64,000 bases of DNA from Candidatus Bathyarchaeota archaeon (lineage in GTDB: Archaea; Thermoproteota; Bathyarchaeia; Bathyarchaeales; Bathycorpusculaceae): positions 64,001-128,000 of the forward strand of contig CAWHVC010000001.1 of the NCBI GenBank assembly GCA_963832745.1, given 5' to 3'. The position numbers and the translations under genes were made by a program. The notes under the pieces are model-generated. The model searched no databases. It was given only the letters and a program-made list of their open reading frames with translations, and had not been told where the DNA came from. Every line of letters starts with the position of its first letter. The stretch's first letter is position 1. Of this stretch, positions 29,044-39,116 are shown one piece after another.

Positions 29044-29681
29044 AAAACCCGTGTATGAAAAGAAAAGCAGCATGTTTAACGTTAATTATTGTTTTATTAA
29101 CCGTTTGTACAGTTAACGCAGTTTATGCGGCAGATACTGTTGTGAAGGCTGAAGCGTCGGTTAGTCAACCGAAAATCGGTGACACCTTAACAGTGAACAT
29201 TACAATTAGTGACGTGCAGAATCTTTACGGTGTTGATGTGGAGTTAGGCTGGAACCCAGTTGTGCTTAGTCTTGTTAACGCAAAGTCGATGTTGGGTGTT
29301 GAAGCAAACCCCGGCGGAGTTCTCCACGAATCAGGCACCGACACACTACTGATAGCTGAAAACGAAGCGTCACAAGAAACCGGCCAATACACCCTAACCG
29401 CAACCTCCACAGGCTCCTCGCCAGCGTTCAGCGGCAGCGGCACAATCGCCACCCTAACGTTTAACGTAACCAGCGCAGGCCAAACCAGCTTAACCCTGCA
29501 GTCAGAACTTGCAGACCACCCAGCCGCAGACGAAACATCCAACTTTATCAACCACACAGACACAGCCGACAACATAACAACAATAGTACCAGAATTCCCA
29601 ACAATAGCAGCCATAACCATTCTCCTAATAGCCGCCACGGCAGCCCTAATTGTAACAAAAAAACAAACAACAAAACCCTAA
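29040..29681 (+). CDS. Cohesin-domain surface protein with PEF-CTERM sorting signal
   Basis: GDTLTVNITISDVQNLYGVDVELGWNPVVL...GSGTIATLTFNV; C-terminal VPEFP, TM helix and basic tail. Confidence 0.8.
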   Translation: MKNPCMKRKAACLTLIIVLLTVCTVNAVYAADTVVKAEASVSQPKIGDTLTVNITISDVQNLYGVDVELGWNPVVLSLVNAKSMLGVEANPGGVLHESGTDTLLIAENEASQETGQYTLTATSTGSSPAFSGSGTIATLTFNVTSAGQTSLTLQSELADHPAADETSNFINHTDTADNITTIVPEFPTIAAITILLIAATAALIVTKKQTTKP

Positions 29682-30166
29682 ACTCCCTTCTTAATTAAAC
29701 CCAACAAGAAAACTGCATAGACCTACACAAACATGAGCACCTTCAACAATAGTTATGACATAAAACGCGCACACTTAATGTACCATGGGGGCGGAAACAA
29801 CTTCTACATAATAGACTTGCCCTTTTTATTTTCTATAGTATAAACGAGTGGTCTTAACTACCATACGAGACAGCAAAGAGGGTGAGTAAACGTAAGGTTC
29901 CATTTCGCTCTTTAACCGACCTCTCCCCTTATCAAATGTTGCTGTTCTTCGCCATCCTCTTTCGTTGCTATTCCGCGACATATTTGAGCCCAATTGCATT
30001 TGGTCGATTGTTTAGTGTTTTTATTTTAGGGCTTTTTTAACCCCCAAAATTGTTTTTACGGTTGGTTTGGGTTGTTTAGTTTTTGGGCGGGATGTGTTTC
30101 CTGTTTGGGGGTCATGCTAGTGCCCGGCTGTATTGTGCTGTTCGCTGCTTTACTTTTCATGTCAAC

Positions 30167-30233
30167 CTATTTGGATCCTATTAGAAATAGTATGCAGAAA
30201 CCTAAGGGGGTGGGTAGAAACTGTAGGGGTAGG
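30167..30233 (+). repeat. Dispersed ~45-bp intergenic repeat, copy 1, plus an extra GAAA-N4-AGGGGTAG unit
   Basis: CTATTTGGATCCTATTAGAA (20 bp) is identical to 58654-58673, followed by TATGCAGAAA and a G5 run in both copies. Confidence 0.85.
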
Positions 30234-30235
30234 CT

Positions 30236-30943
30236 CTACCTGTGCTTTTTCGGTCCATTAGCTTGTTGAAAAACGCTCTTTAACGAGCCAATCCAAATCC
30301 AGTAAACCAAGAAAACTGAACGCAAAACAAGATGCTGCACCACCACGCGGTAATCCCGGAAAGGCACAAAAAAACGGTTAAACCTGTCAAAAGCGTGCCG
30401 TTTATGCGTTACAAAGACGCGGGCTACTTCGTTATCTATTTTTGCCATTTGACACATTTTAGGGTTATACAATGCGTGGACATGAGGAATGTGCCGTGCC
30501 AAGCTGTTTGGAACTCTCCTAAACCGTAACCCCGCATCAATCGCGCGTTGATAAAAATCTCCATCCTCAAAATAGTACTTCAAACTTGAATCAAAACCGC
30601 CAACACGCCAATAATCCTCCAGCCAAATCGCAAACACCCTACTACACGCACGCCCATCAACACATTGAAACGCAAACTCCCCTCGCTCAAGCCCACAAAG
30701 CCAATCCCAAATCTTCGAAGACAATACCAAATCATCATTAAACTGAACCATCAAACCCGAACCGCCAAACACTTTAGCAGCTACGTTACGGGCGTTACCA
30801 AAACCTGCGGCGCCACAAACAATTAACCTGTAACGGTACGGGCAATTTAGTGTTTCGAATGTTTTTATTTTGTTTAAAGGCTTGTTAGAAACAACCACGA
30901 TGTTCAAGGATGCTGCATTCAATATTCCGATCCTCACAATCAA
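30236..30943 (-). CDS. Glycosyltransferase family 2-like protein
   Basis: ARNVA, FNDD (DxD-like), VGGFD...EDGDFYQR. Confidence 0.7.
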   Translation of the reverse strand: MIVRIGILNAASLNIVVVSNKPLNKIKTFETLNCPYRYRLIVCGAAGFGNARNVAAKVFGGSGLMVQFNDDLVLSSKIWDWLCGLERGEFAFQCVDGRACSRVFAIWLEDYWRVGGFDSSLKYYFEDGDFYQRAIDAGLRFRRVPNSLARHIPHVHALYNPKMCQMAKIDNEVARVFVTHKRHAFDRFNRFFVPFRDYRVVVQHLVLRSVFLVYWIWIGSLKSVFQQANGPKKHR

Positions 30944-31262
30944 CTTTTAACCAAAAAATTAGTTCACTTCAATGAGCATAAATCTCTACATATTAACACA
31001 TTTTTTAAGTTAAAAACAATTTTCATCAAATTCTGCCAAGTTAACGTCAACACCCTACAGCAAACAAAAAAACCGCCTTATCAAACTAAAACAATTCCAA
31101 CACCAACAGAACCAAAACCAACAATCACCCACAAAACTGAAGAAAACCATGCCAAACTCCACCGATAACAGCGCACAAGAAAACAAACAACAAAAACAAC
31201 CCAAATAACAAAAACCGAAAACAAAAAAATAAATGTTTATAAGCAAAGACTGCAACGTAGTG

Positions 31263-31390
31263 GTAGGTTTGCCGGCCAGAGGACTCGGGTTCCACCTGAT
31301 CCCATTCCGAACTCAGAAGTTAAACCGTGTTCCGTTTCCAACTGTAGTGCGGTCTTCGGCCGCGTGAAATTGGGAAAGCTGGCTACCTAC
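31263..31390 (+). rRNA. rrf: 5S ribosomal RNA (stand-alone)
   Basis: CACCTGATCCCATTCCGAACTCAGAAGTTAAAC core; terminal helix GTAGGT/ACCTAC; upstream TTTATAA. Confidence 0.93.
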
Positions 31391-31484
31391 TTGTTTTAAC
31401 TTTTAAATTAGGCAAATTTAAAGGTATATTTGGCATAGCTTTATAACTAAGCGGTAGTAGTTTTTTTGAGAAGTGGTGTAAAAA

Positions 31485-32657
31485 GTGACTTTAATCCCCA
31501 CAAGCGACTCAATAACTCGATTAACATTAAACATGCCTATTCACACAAACCAACTCTTTGGCGGTGGTGGCGCAAACGATTGGACAACATACCTAAGTTT
31601 GCTCACCTACGTATTCTTCATCGTCCTAATCTTCTACGGCCAAAGAATCCAAATGTACGTGATGATACGAGAAGTAGAAAACCATCTACATAAACTCAAA
31701 TTCATCAAAGAAGAAGGCCGCAAAACCGCCATAGAAGTAATAAAAGAAATCGGCAAACCAACCACCGACATATCACCACGTGTCGACAGATACCTAGACT
31801 ACTTCACAATCAGCCCACAAAACATGGACCCAGCGGGCATCGTAGGCAAACTCGACTACATCCTTGACGTACGAGACGAACGCTTAAAAGACGAAGTAAA
31901 ACTTATGGCCCCACAATGCGACGAAGTACAAATCAACAACATGGAAAACACCCTCGAAGCCGCAATGGCACTCAACTATCTCTACAAAGTAGTAAGACAC
32001 TACTACATCCAAGGCAAAAAAACACTAAGCCTCTACATCATCATGCAACTACAAATGATCCTTCCACTCGTAATGAAAGAAGCAGAAGCCTACTCAAGTG
32101 CACTAAAAGCCTTCGCCAACGGTCAACCAATCGGAGACAGCGTTGGCCCACTAATCGCCGGAAAACTAATGCTCGGCTACGAAGCGCGCAAAGTCTACAA
32201 AGACTGTGTAGTCGCAACAGTTCCAATTGAAGGACGCACTGCACTCATCATGAAAGCTGAAGGCCCAGGCGGAAACGTCGGCAAACCAGGCGACGCAATA
32301 GAAACAGTCATTGAAGAAAACGAAGGTAAAATCGCGATGCTCGTCATGATTGATGCAGGCTTAAAGCTTGAAGGCGAAGGCGTAGGTGAAGTAGCAGAAG
32401 GTATTGGCTCCGCAATCGGTGGCCCAGGCGTTGACGCATTCAAGATTGAAGAAAAACTAACAAAATACAAGATTCCAATAAACGCAATAATCGTTAAAGA
32501 AGACATCGGCGACGCGGTTTCACCAATGCGCAAAGAAATTCATGACGCAGCAGACAAAGCAATCGAACGTGTGCGCGCATTAATCTTGGAACGCACTAAA
32601 GAGGGCGATACAATCATCATCTTTGGTGTAGGTAACAGCATCGGAATAGGACAATAA
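31485..32657 (+). CDS. DUF1512 family protein
   Basis: MDPAGIV, GQPIGDSVGPL, IDAGLKLEGE, GVGNSIGIGQ; true start may be slightly downstream. Confidence 0.85.
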   Translation: MTLIPTSDSITRLTLNMPIHTNQLFGGGGANDWTTYLSLLTYVFFIVLIFYGQRIQMYVMIREVENHLHKLKFIKEEGRKTAIEVIKEIGKPTTDISPRVDRYLDYFTISPQNMDPAGIVGKLDYILDVRDERLKDEVKLMAPQCDEVQINNMENTLEAAMALNYLYKVVRHYYIQGKKTLSLYIIMQLQMILPLVMKEAEAYSSALKAFANGQPIGDSVGPLIAGKLMLGYEARKVYKDCVVATVPIEGRTALIMKAEGPGGNVGKPGDAIETVIEENEGKIAMLVMIDAGLKLEGEGVGEVAEGIGSAIGGPGVDAFKIEEKLTKYKIPINAIIVKEDIGDAVSPMRKEIHDAADKAIERVRALILERTKEGDTIIIFGVGNSIGIGQ

Positions 32658-32662
32658 AGGAC

Positions 32663-33088
32663 GTGAAAAGAATGACAACACAAAACCAAACTTCAACTGC
32701 AAGCAAAATCTCAACTTACCTAATGTTCATAGTCCTAATTGTACTGGGACTATCCATTGTTGCCCTGTTTAGTGCAGTGTATGCATACACATTAGGCAAC
32801 GACATTGCCGCCGGTTTCCTAGTAATAATCGGCGTTTTCGCGTTAGCCTTATCAGGCGCAGTCCTATACCAAACTAAACGGAGAACAGACACAATGAAAA
32901 CTGAAGCACCAAAAGTCATGACAACCATTGAATGCAAAAAATGCGGGTCAAAAACTACCCGTGAATTCCAACGTGGCGACTATGTCTTCAAAGAACTCGA
33001 TGCTTGCCAAAAATGTCCAGACCAGAAACAAATGATAACTGGAATCTATAAAGAAATAAAAGAAAAAGAAAAAACCTATGCAGTTTAA
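32663..33088 (+). CDS. Membrane protein with C-terminal zinc ribbon
   Basis: 2 TM helices then TTIECKKCG...REFQRGDYVFK...CQKC. Confidence 0.75.
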   Translation: MKRMTTQNQTSTASKISTYLMFIVLIVLGLSIVALFSAVYAYTLGNDIAAGFLVIIGVFALALSGAVLYQTKRRTDTMKTEAPKVMTTIECKKCGSKTTREFQRGDYVFKELDACQKCPDQKQMITGIYKEIKEKEKTYAV

Positions 33089-33120
33089 AACTGCAAACCT
33101 TTTCTTTTTAGGTTCTTTTT

Positions 33121-34023
33121 TTAAGTTAAAACTTCGCATCCATCTTCTTTTATCAAAAGTGTATGTTCAGCTTGCGCGACTGGTTTTCTGCTTGCTTCAA
33201 CAAACACGGGGTAACTTGTTACAATTTTTGACTTCAAAAGTTCTTTGAACGCTTCCATATAATGTTCCTTTGGGACAACGCCGATTAGCCAACGTTCCGC
33301 AAACGGTAGAGTTCGGAAGTTGGTTTCGATGTGTTTCATTAATTGTTTGGCGTAACTGTTTTTTGTTGACTTTGCTCTGACTAAGCGGTAAATGGTGTTT
33401 TGTGGGCTGTCATCGACTCGGGCGATTGCGTCAGGTTGGGTGACGAAGGGTTCAATTGCGATGATTTCTCCAGTGTGCACCTTGGTCATTGAGAGGCTGG
33501 CTACATTAGGCATGCTTGGTGGGCCATGTATTAGGTATCTGCCTACTGAGTGGCCTGTTAGGTTGCTAATGGGTTTGAAGCCGCGGTTTCTGATGGTTGT
33601 TTCGATTATGCCGCCGATGCGTCCGGTGGATACGTCGTTGTGGATGTTGTCGATTGCTGCTTTTAGAGCGGTTTCAGCGGTTGTTATCATGCTTCTGCCT
33701 TCCGGGTTGAAGGACACAGTAAAGGCAGTGTCAGTTACGTAACCGTCAACATGTACTCCCATGTCAACTTTAACTGTTGACCCTGCTGGTATCGTGTTTT
33801 TGTCGCCTGGGGGCGAAGTGTAATGTGCCGCGACCTCATTTATGCTGACATTGCAGGGAAACGCTGGGAAACCGCCTTTTTCACGGATGAGTGCTTCAGC
33901 TTTTTCGCAGACGTCAATTATTGGCATGTTTTCTTTTACATAGCCGCGCATTTCTTCTCGGGCTTCTCGCAAAATTTTTCCTGATAAACGAAACTTTCCG
34001 AGTTCTTCCAAATCATACGACAT
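33121..34023 (-). CDS. map: Type II methionine aminopeptidase
   Basis: AFPCNVSINEVAAHY, DMGVHVDGYVTDTA, NLTGH, AIEPF, QAEHT. Confidence 0.95.
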   Translation of the reverse strand: MSYDLEELGKFRLSGKILREAREEMRGYVKENMPIIDVCEKAEALIREKGGFPAFPCNVSINEVAAHYTSPPGDKNTIPAGSTVKVDMGVHVDGYVTDTAFTVSFNPEGRSMITTAETALKAAIDNIHNDVSTGRIGGIIETTIRNRGFKPISNLTGHSVGRYLIHGPPSMPNVASLSMTKVHTGEIIAIEPFVTQPDAIARVDDSPQNTIYRLVRAKSTKNSYAKQLMKHIETNFRTLPFAERWLIGVVPKEHYMEAFKELLKSKIVTSYPVFVEASRKPVAQAEHTLLIKEDGCEVLT

Positions 34024-34287
34024 ACAAATGACACTTCGAATAAAAATTCAGTATGTATTTGAGGCTTAAATGCGTTGGCACTTTTATTTTGTTTTTTAAG
34101 GTTTTTCTTTTATAGGTTGGTTTGTCAGCGACTGTTTTTTAGGGGTATTACTTGTTAACGTTGCTGGCTTGTTGATGTTTGGGGCTTCGTTTTGTCGCAA
34201 TTGAATCCATCCTATCACATAGCTGTATATGAATTAAATCCAACTTTGATTTGACCTCAAAATTTTAAATCAAGAGGTATAAGAAGA

Positions 34288-35391
34288 ATGGAGAAAAAAA
34301 TTTTAGCAATATTTTCGATTGTAGTAGCAGTTTTGGCAGCTGTCTCAATGACGGGAACTCTTGTTAACGCGCAATCTAACACCGTCGGTGCAGTCTTCAC
34401 AATTGATAATTCTGCAAACGGTAATAACGTTTGGAGCTTTAACCGAATGTCTGATGGCAGTCTTAAGCTTGAGGGCAATTTTTCAACAAAAGGTAACGGT
34501 ACAGGCGCTAATTTGGGTAGTCAAGGCGCGGTTACTCTTTCTCAGGATGGCAAATGGCTTGTTGTTGTGGATGCAGGTAGCAACGAAATTACCTTGTTTA
34601 TGGTGAATGGGTCTTCGTTGACTTTTGCAGATAAACAAAGTTCTCATGGCATGACCCCGATTAGTGTTACTGTGAACGGCAGTTGGGTTTATGTGCTTAA
34701 CAATGGTACCGCAAGTACCCCGCCCAACATTGCAGGCTTTAAGATTAACCAGACTTCAGGAAACATGACCTATATTGCAGGCTCTAACCAGTCACTGAGC
34801 GGAGCAGTTGGTAGTTCACCCGAACAAATCGGTTTTAACCCTAACGGTACAGTTCTTGTGGTAACTGAGAAAGCCGCAAACATGACGGATGTTTTCACTG
34901 TCAATTCCAATGGCACAGCTAGCACAGCCATGAATATGACTTCTCTTAGTCCAGGACCATATGGTTTCGCATTTACAAACAGCAGTGTTCTTGTTTTAAG
35001 TGAGGCAGTACTTGGTACAGTTTCATCTTTTGCAGTGTCGAGTAATGGTACAATGCGGATTCTTAGCGGTTCAATTCCAAGTTTTAGTACTGCGCCCTGC
35101 TGGGTGGTAGTAACTGGTAATGGCCAATATGCATACATTGGTAACGGAGGCGGAACAATTTCTTCCTACATGATTTCAAATAATGGCATGTTGACCCTTC
35201 AAAGTTCAATAGCGGCCAAACTTGATAAGCCAACACTTGACTTAGCATTGAGCAACGACAGCAGCTATCTTTACTCGTTAAACGGCAACTTTAGCATAAC
35301 TGGCTTTAAGGTTTACCAAGATGGTAGCATCTGGCAAATAGGCAAAATCAGTGGACTTCCCCCATCAGCAACTGGATTAGCTGCAACTTAA
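34288..35391 (+). CDS. Secreted lactonase-family 7-bladed beta-propeller
   Basis: Signal peptide; LGSQGAV, DAGSNEIT, GPYGFAF, APCWVV; many N-glycosylation sequons. Confidence 0.8.
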   Translation: MEKKILAIFSIVVAVLAAVSMTGTLVNAQSNTVGAVFTIDNSANGNNVWSFNRMSDGSLKLEGNFSTKGNGTGANLGSQGAVTLSQDGKWLVVVDAGSNEITLFMVNGSSLTFADKQSSHGMTPISVTVNGSWVYVLNNGTASTPPNIAGFKINQTSGNMTYIAGSNQSLSGAVGSSPEQIGFNPNGTVLVVTEKAANMTDVFTVNSNGTASTAMNMTSLSPGPYGFAFTNSSVLVLSEAVLGTVSSFAVSSNGTMRILSGSIPSFSTAPCWVVVTGNGQYAYIGNGGGTISSYMISNNGMLTLQSSIAAKLDKPTLDLALSNDSSYLYSLNGNFSITGFKVYQDGSIWQIGKISGLPPSATGLAAT

Positions 35392-35639
35392 AAATCGTCA
35401 ACAACAACCAAATCACCCTTTTCTTTATTTTAGAAAAAAATTAGCACTATCATCTACCCCCATAATGTTTTAACATTGAACCACTAATATATCCCAATAG
35501 CCTGTAAATTCGTTTGTCTAGAATTATGCTCTAATCAAATTTGGGTACTATTGCCCTAAAACCCAAATGGTACAAACTAAAAAGTAGGTCGACAGCCAAC
35601 GATGCAAAAAATTTTGTGAATAAAGTAATTGCCTCTATC

Positions 35640-35912
35640 TTATTCGTCAAGGCTTTTTTGTTGTACTTCATAAAATTCGGAAGTGCATGCTTCAGAACAA
35701 CATTGAACTTTACGCCTTTTAGTGGTATGTCTATCCGGTGCAATTAATGAATCAGAAACGTTAGTTATTAAACCTCTTAACGGTTTTTTGCATGTCGGAC
35801 AAACAAGGTTTCCATCTTTATCGAATTGTTCTCGCTCTACAATATCTTTAACTGGACTTTTGTTAGTAATTGCGTTCATTTTTTTGTTGTTTGCTTTTTC
35901 TTGTTTCCACAT
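35640..35912 (-). CDS. Small zinc-finger (TRASH/YHS-like) protein
   Basis: CPTCKKP...CCSEAC motif. Confidence 0.55.
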   Translation of the reverse strand: MWKQEKANNKKMNAITNKSPVKDIVEREQFDKDGNLVCPTCKKPLRGLITNVSDSLIAPDRHTTKRRKVQCCSEACTSEFYEVQQKSLDE

Positions 35913-36145
35913 ACAAATTACGCTTTCACTATAGTAAGCGTACTATAAGTGTATAATAACAAAAATATCCTTTCTTAACTCTATTCTGCGTCAAATCCTT
36001 GTTCTGCTTTATCGCCACCGCAACGAAAGCTTAGAATGGAAGACTCCCTGCTTGCAAAGTACACCTTTTATGGAGTAAGCATGAATTTACAATGTAGCTA
36101 TTTATAACTGTCCTTAACCAAAGATATGAATAGCGAAACTTTTCG

Positions 36146-36418
36146 ATGACAGAGGATAAAGTGACAATTATGCAATTAGCAGAAGTTGCTATCTTATTGA
36201 GGGAAATTGTGGATAGATGCCCCGGTTTAGACGGTAGTATTTTCACGTTACTGCCGCAAAAGGCTAAGCCAACCTTTAGGGGCTATCATATAAATATTAA
36301 AGGAACTTTTTCGAAGGAAGATATCGGTGGCTTGAGAAGAATAGTTGAAGGGCATGATTTAGTGATGGACATTAAAGCTGATTTTATTTTAATCTATGAA
36401 ACTAGAGGTTACCGCTAA
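36146..36418 (+). CDS. Hypothetical protein
   Basis: 90-aa ORF downstream of a TTTATAA box. Confidence 0.55.
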   Translation: MTEDKVTIMQLAEVAILLREIVDRCPGLDGSIFTLLPQKAKPTFRGYHINIKGTFSKEDIGGLRRIVEGHDLVMDIKADFILIYETRGYR

Positions 36419-36621
36419 TTTCTTTCCATGTAATCAATAAAATCCATGAAGTCCCCGATTGATTGGCTAATATCTTATCACTAACTTTTCCTGTTCTTTC
36501 CTATCGTCTTGGTAACTATAATTTTTTTGGCAATTTTCGGTTAGTTTGATGATTAGAAAGGGGCTGATTTTTTGAAAGAGTTTTTAAGTGTTTGTTTGTT
36601 TACTTTTATTAGGCGTTTTTT

Positions 36622-36903
36622 ATGGCTCAAAATTTTGATCTTGAAGATTTTAACATGATTGATATGAACGCAAAAAAGGTTCTCGAAGCTCTATCAGAGT
36701 TTGATAAAGGGGAACTAGTGAAAGGTGAATTATTACACAAGAAAACAGGCTTTATTCCTCAAGACATTAATGATGCCATTAGAAGTCTGGCAAAGTCATT
36801 GCTAGTTAACATACCTGATGCTTTGAGGGATTCACCGCCTTATAATTTCTATTCAGTAGAAATTACGGATTTTGGAAGGCAAGTTTTAGAGCAATTTGGC
36901 TAA
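36622..36903 (+). CDS. Hypothetical protein, wHTH-like
   Basis: DINDAIRSLAKSLLV...VEITDFGR. Confidence 0.6.
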   Translation: MAQNFDLEDFNMIDMNAKKVLEALSEFDKGELVKGELLHKKTGFIPQDINDAIRSLAKSLLVNIPDALRDSPPYNFYSVEITDFGRQVLEQFG

Positions 36904-37005
36904 GAATCCGCAAGTAAAATAGGGCTTGACCGAGCTTAGTGCAGGCTTATCCTACGGGACGATATTTACTGAAAAAACTGCTATAATCCAATATAGTTAA
37001 AAGCC

Positions 37006-37398
37006 TTGGTTAACAGGTTACTGAATAAAGTTATTCAGGTTTTTACATTGTCTCAAGCCAAAGTTGTATTAGGAAAAACTTACTCGCTTCTTGTAAGAGT
37101 GGTTGATTTTCAAAGAAATAAACCCGTAAAGAACGTGAACGTAAAAGTTTCTAGTTTGATTACGGAAGGAATACCGCCTGAGCAATGGGCTGAAAATCTA
37201 AAAAATGGGTCTCCGTTTAAAAGCTTAATTCTCTCCATTAGTACTGATGATAATGGTGTTGCAACCGCTGAGCTTCCAGAGGGTGCTTATGAGGCCAAGG
37301 TCGAACAATACAATTTAAGTAAGAACTTCGATTTAACGCAAAATGTCGAAATTCTATTTACTCAACCAAAAAAGTTGCATTGGTGGCAAAGATCTTAA
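37006..37398 (+). CDS. Hypothetical protein with carboxypeptidase-regulatory/prealbumin-like fold
   Basis: KPVKNVNVKV...TDDNGVATAELPEGAYEAKV. Confidence 0.55.
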   Translation: MVNRLLNKVIQVFTLSQAKVVLGKTYSLLVRVVDFQRNKPVKNVNVKVSSLITEGIPPEQWAENLKNGSPFKSLILSISTDDNGVATAELPEGAYEAKVEQYNLSKNFDLTQNVEILFTQPKKLHWWQRS

Positions 37399-37546
37399 TC
37401 TCTCTCGCTGTGTTGTTTAATTATCAAAAATTTGTACAAACGTTTTTTTCTTTGACCCTGAATCATTCAGGCAAAGGAAACAGGCTAAAAAGTATGAAAG
37501 AAAAGTTAATTTGCTTGTACAATTGATTTTATTTTAGTGCTTTTAG

Positions 37547-38026
37547 TTGGAAAAAACAGGATTTGGTACACTCGAAGTTGTTCAGCATGTGGAACTTGAT
37601 AAATACTTAGGAAAATGGTTTGAAATTGCACATCTTCCCGCAAAATTTCAAGAAGGCTGTTCTGAGACAACAGCAACCTACACTTTATCCAAGGATGGAA
37701 ACATATCCGTCCTCAACGAGTGCCGAAGAGACGGAAAGCTAAAACAGTCAAAGGGCAAAGCAAAAGTTGTTGATAGAATAACTAATGCAAAACTTAAAGT
37801 GACGTTTTTTTGGCCGTTTTATGGTGACTATTGGATTATAAAATTGGGGGCTGATTATGGTTATGCTGTTGTAGGTACACCAAACCGCAAGTATCTGTGG
37901 GTATTAAGCAGAACACCTAAGATGGATGAAAAGCTGTTTTCAGAAATAATAGAGTTTTCAAAATCAAAAGGGTTTGATTTAAAAAACCTGATTAAAACTG
38001 TTCACCAAAACCTGCAAAATTTGTAA
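37547..38026 (+). CDS. blc: Lipocalin (Blc-like)
   Basis: YLGKWFEIA, KLKVTFFWPFYGDYW, YLWVLSRTP; no signal peptide visible. Confidence 0.88.
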   Translation: MEKTGFGTLEVVQHVELDKYLGKWFEIAHLPAKFQEGCSETTATYTLSKDGNISVLNECRRDGKLKQSKGKAKVVDRITNAKLKVTFFWPFYGDYWIIKLGADYGYAVVGTPNRKYLWVLSRTPKMDEKLFSEIIEFSKSKGFDLKNLIKTVHQNLQNL

Positions 38027-38037
38027 AAGCTTTATGG

Positions 38038-38805
38038 TTGCAGGTTTTTGGTGAAACTTTTTTAATGGAAAGTGTTTACCACCTAAATATGGGACGATTT
38101 AGAAATATTTTCACTTTGCTTCTTGTTCTGACATTAGGATTCTCAACTTTAATCGCAATTGAATTTGCACATGCTCAATCAATACCTACGCCATCTATCC
38201 CAGAATTCACTGTGAAAATTATTTCTTCAACAGACAGCCATTTTGCTAACAAAACAATCGAGTTATCAATTAAAAACCAGCCTCCTGTCCCTGATAACGG
38301 TTCTTTCTATAATGTCCGCGTTAGAGTTAATAACGGAAATTGGAGCGTTCTTTACCCTGATAATGAAGTTCCAATTCAATCAAACGGTGAATACACCATT
38401 TTATCTTACCCTTCCGAACAACCTAACGTTGAATATCAATATCATATGGGCCATACTATGCAAAACCTGTTTCCCGGCGATAAAATCGACTTTCAAGTCC
38501 AAATAATGATTGGCGGAATTTACCGGGGTTCTAATCCCAACGCAACAAACCAGATAGACATGTACCCTTACGTCTTTATTGGTGAAAAAAGCGGCTGGAG
38601 CAACACGCAAACCCTAATCATGCCATCTGCCTCTGCTTCTCCAAGCCCCAGCGTTCCAGAGTTTTCCATGGCTGCCCTTGTGCTTTTATTGGTTGCTGTG
38701 CCTTTGCTATTCGCTACATTTTGGCGAAAGCATCATAAAAAGATAAATCTGCATGCAAAGGCCTGGTTAATCTTAAATAGCTCTTTCAACGTCAAATTAG
38801 CGTAA
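38038..38805 (+). CDS. Secreted surface protein with PEF-CTERM signal
   Basis: Signal peptide, IPTPSIPEFTV, C-terminal SVPEF plus TM helix and RKHHKK; real start probably downstream of 38038. Confidence 0.75.
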   Translation: MQVFGETFLMESVYHLNMGRFRNIFTLLLVLTLGFSTLIAIEFAHAQSIPTPSIPEFTVKIISSTDSHFANKTIELSIKNQPPVPDNGSFYNVRVRVNNGNWSVLYPDNEVPIQSNGEYTILSYPSEQPNVEYQYHMGHTMQNLFPGDKIDFQVQIMIGGIYRGSNPNATNQIDMYPYVFIGEKSGWSNTQTLIMPSASASPSPSVPEFSMAALVLLLVAVPLLFATFWRKHHKKINLHAKAWLILNSSFNVKLA

Positions 38806-38816
38806 AGAGGCTAGTT

Positions 38817-39053
38817 ATGCGTGTTGGAGTTTGCGGTATATCCTGCGAGAAATGCCCCAAAATGCAAGCAGGAACCTGCCCAAACGGCATCGTCGGCTGC
38901 GTGCCCAGAGAGAACAAGTTTTGTCAAATCTGCAACTGCGCCTACACTAAAGGTGTCAAATTGTGTTTTGAATGCAAAGAATTCCCCTGTGAAACTACCA
39001 AGATGGGGCCTATTAGTTATGGTTACTGCCAATACCTCACTGGCAAACAGTAA
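38817..39053 (+). CDS. DUF3795-like Cys-rich protein
   Basis: GVCGISCEKC...C.I.NCA..KGVKLCFECKEFPC. Confidence 0.8.
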   Translation: MRVGVCGISCEKCPKMQAGTCPNGIVGCVPRENKFCQICNCAYTKGVKLCFECKEFPCETTKMGPISYGYCQYLTGKQ

Positions 39054-39116
39054 ATTATGTTTGTTTCAGGTTTTTGTTAGGGATTAGTTTTATGTTTCTG
39101 TTTGTAACTGAATAAT

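Noticed and set aside
29870-29975. Short matches (AAGAACAGCA, CCTTACG, GGAATA) to the 8105-8200 region
   Set aside because: Matches are 10 nt or shorter and in mixed orientations, compatible with chance
30167-30233. Integron attC or Xer dif site as the identity of the dispersed repeat
   Set aside because: It lacks RYYYAAC/GTTRRRY ends and the 11-6-11 inverted-arm layout
31050-31235. A/C-rich tract and ORF 31055..31255 upstream of the 5S rRNA
   Set aside because: No fixed repeat unit; the ORF is a low-complexity artefact, covered by the skew finding
36920-36965. Faint resemblance to HEARO/omega-RNA sequence (TTGACC...TTAGT...CTACG)
   Set aside because: Too short and divergent, with no IscB/TnpB gene or terminal hairpin nearby
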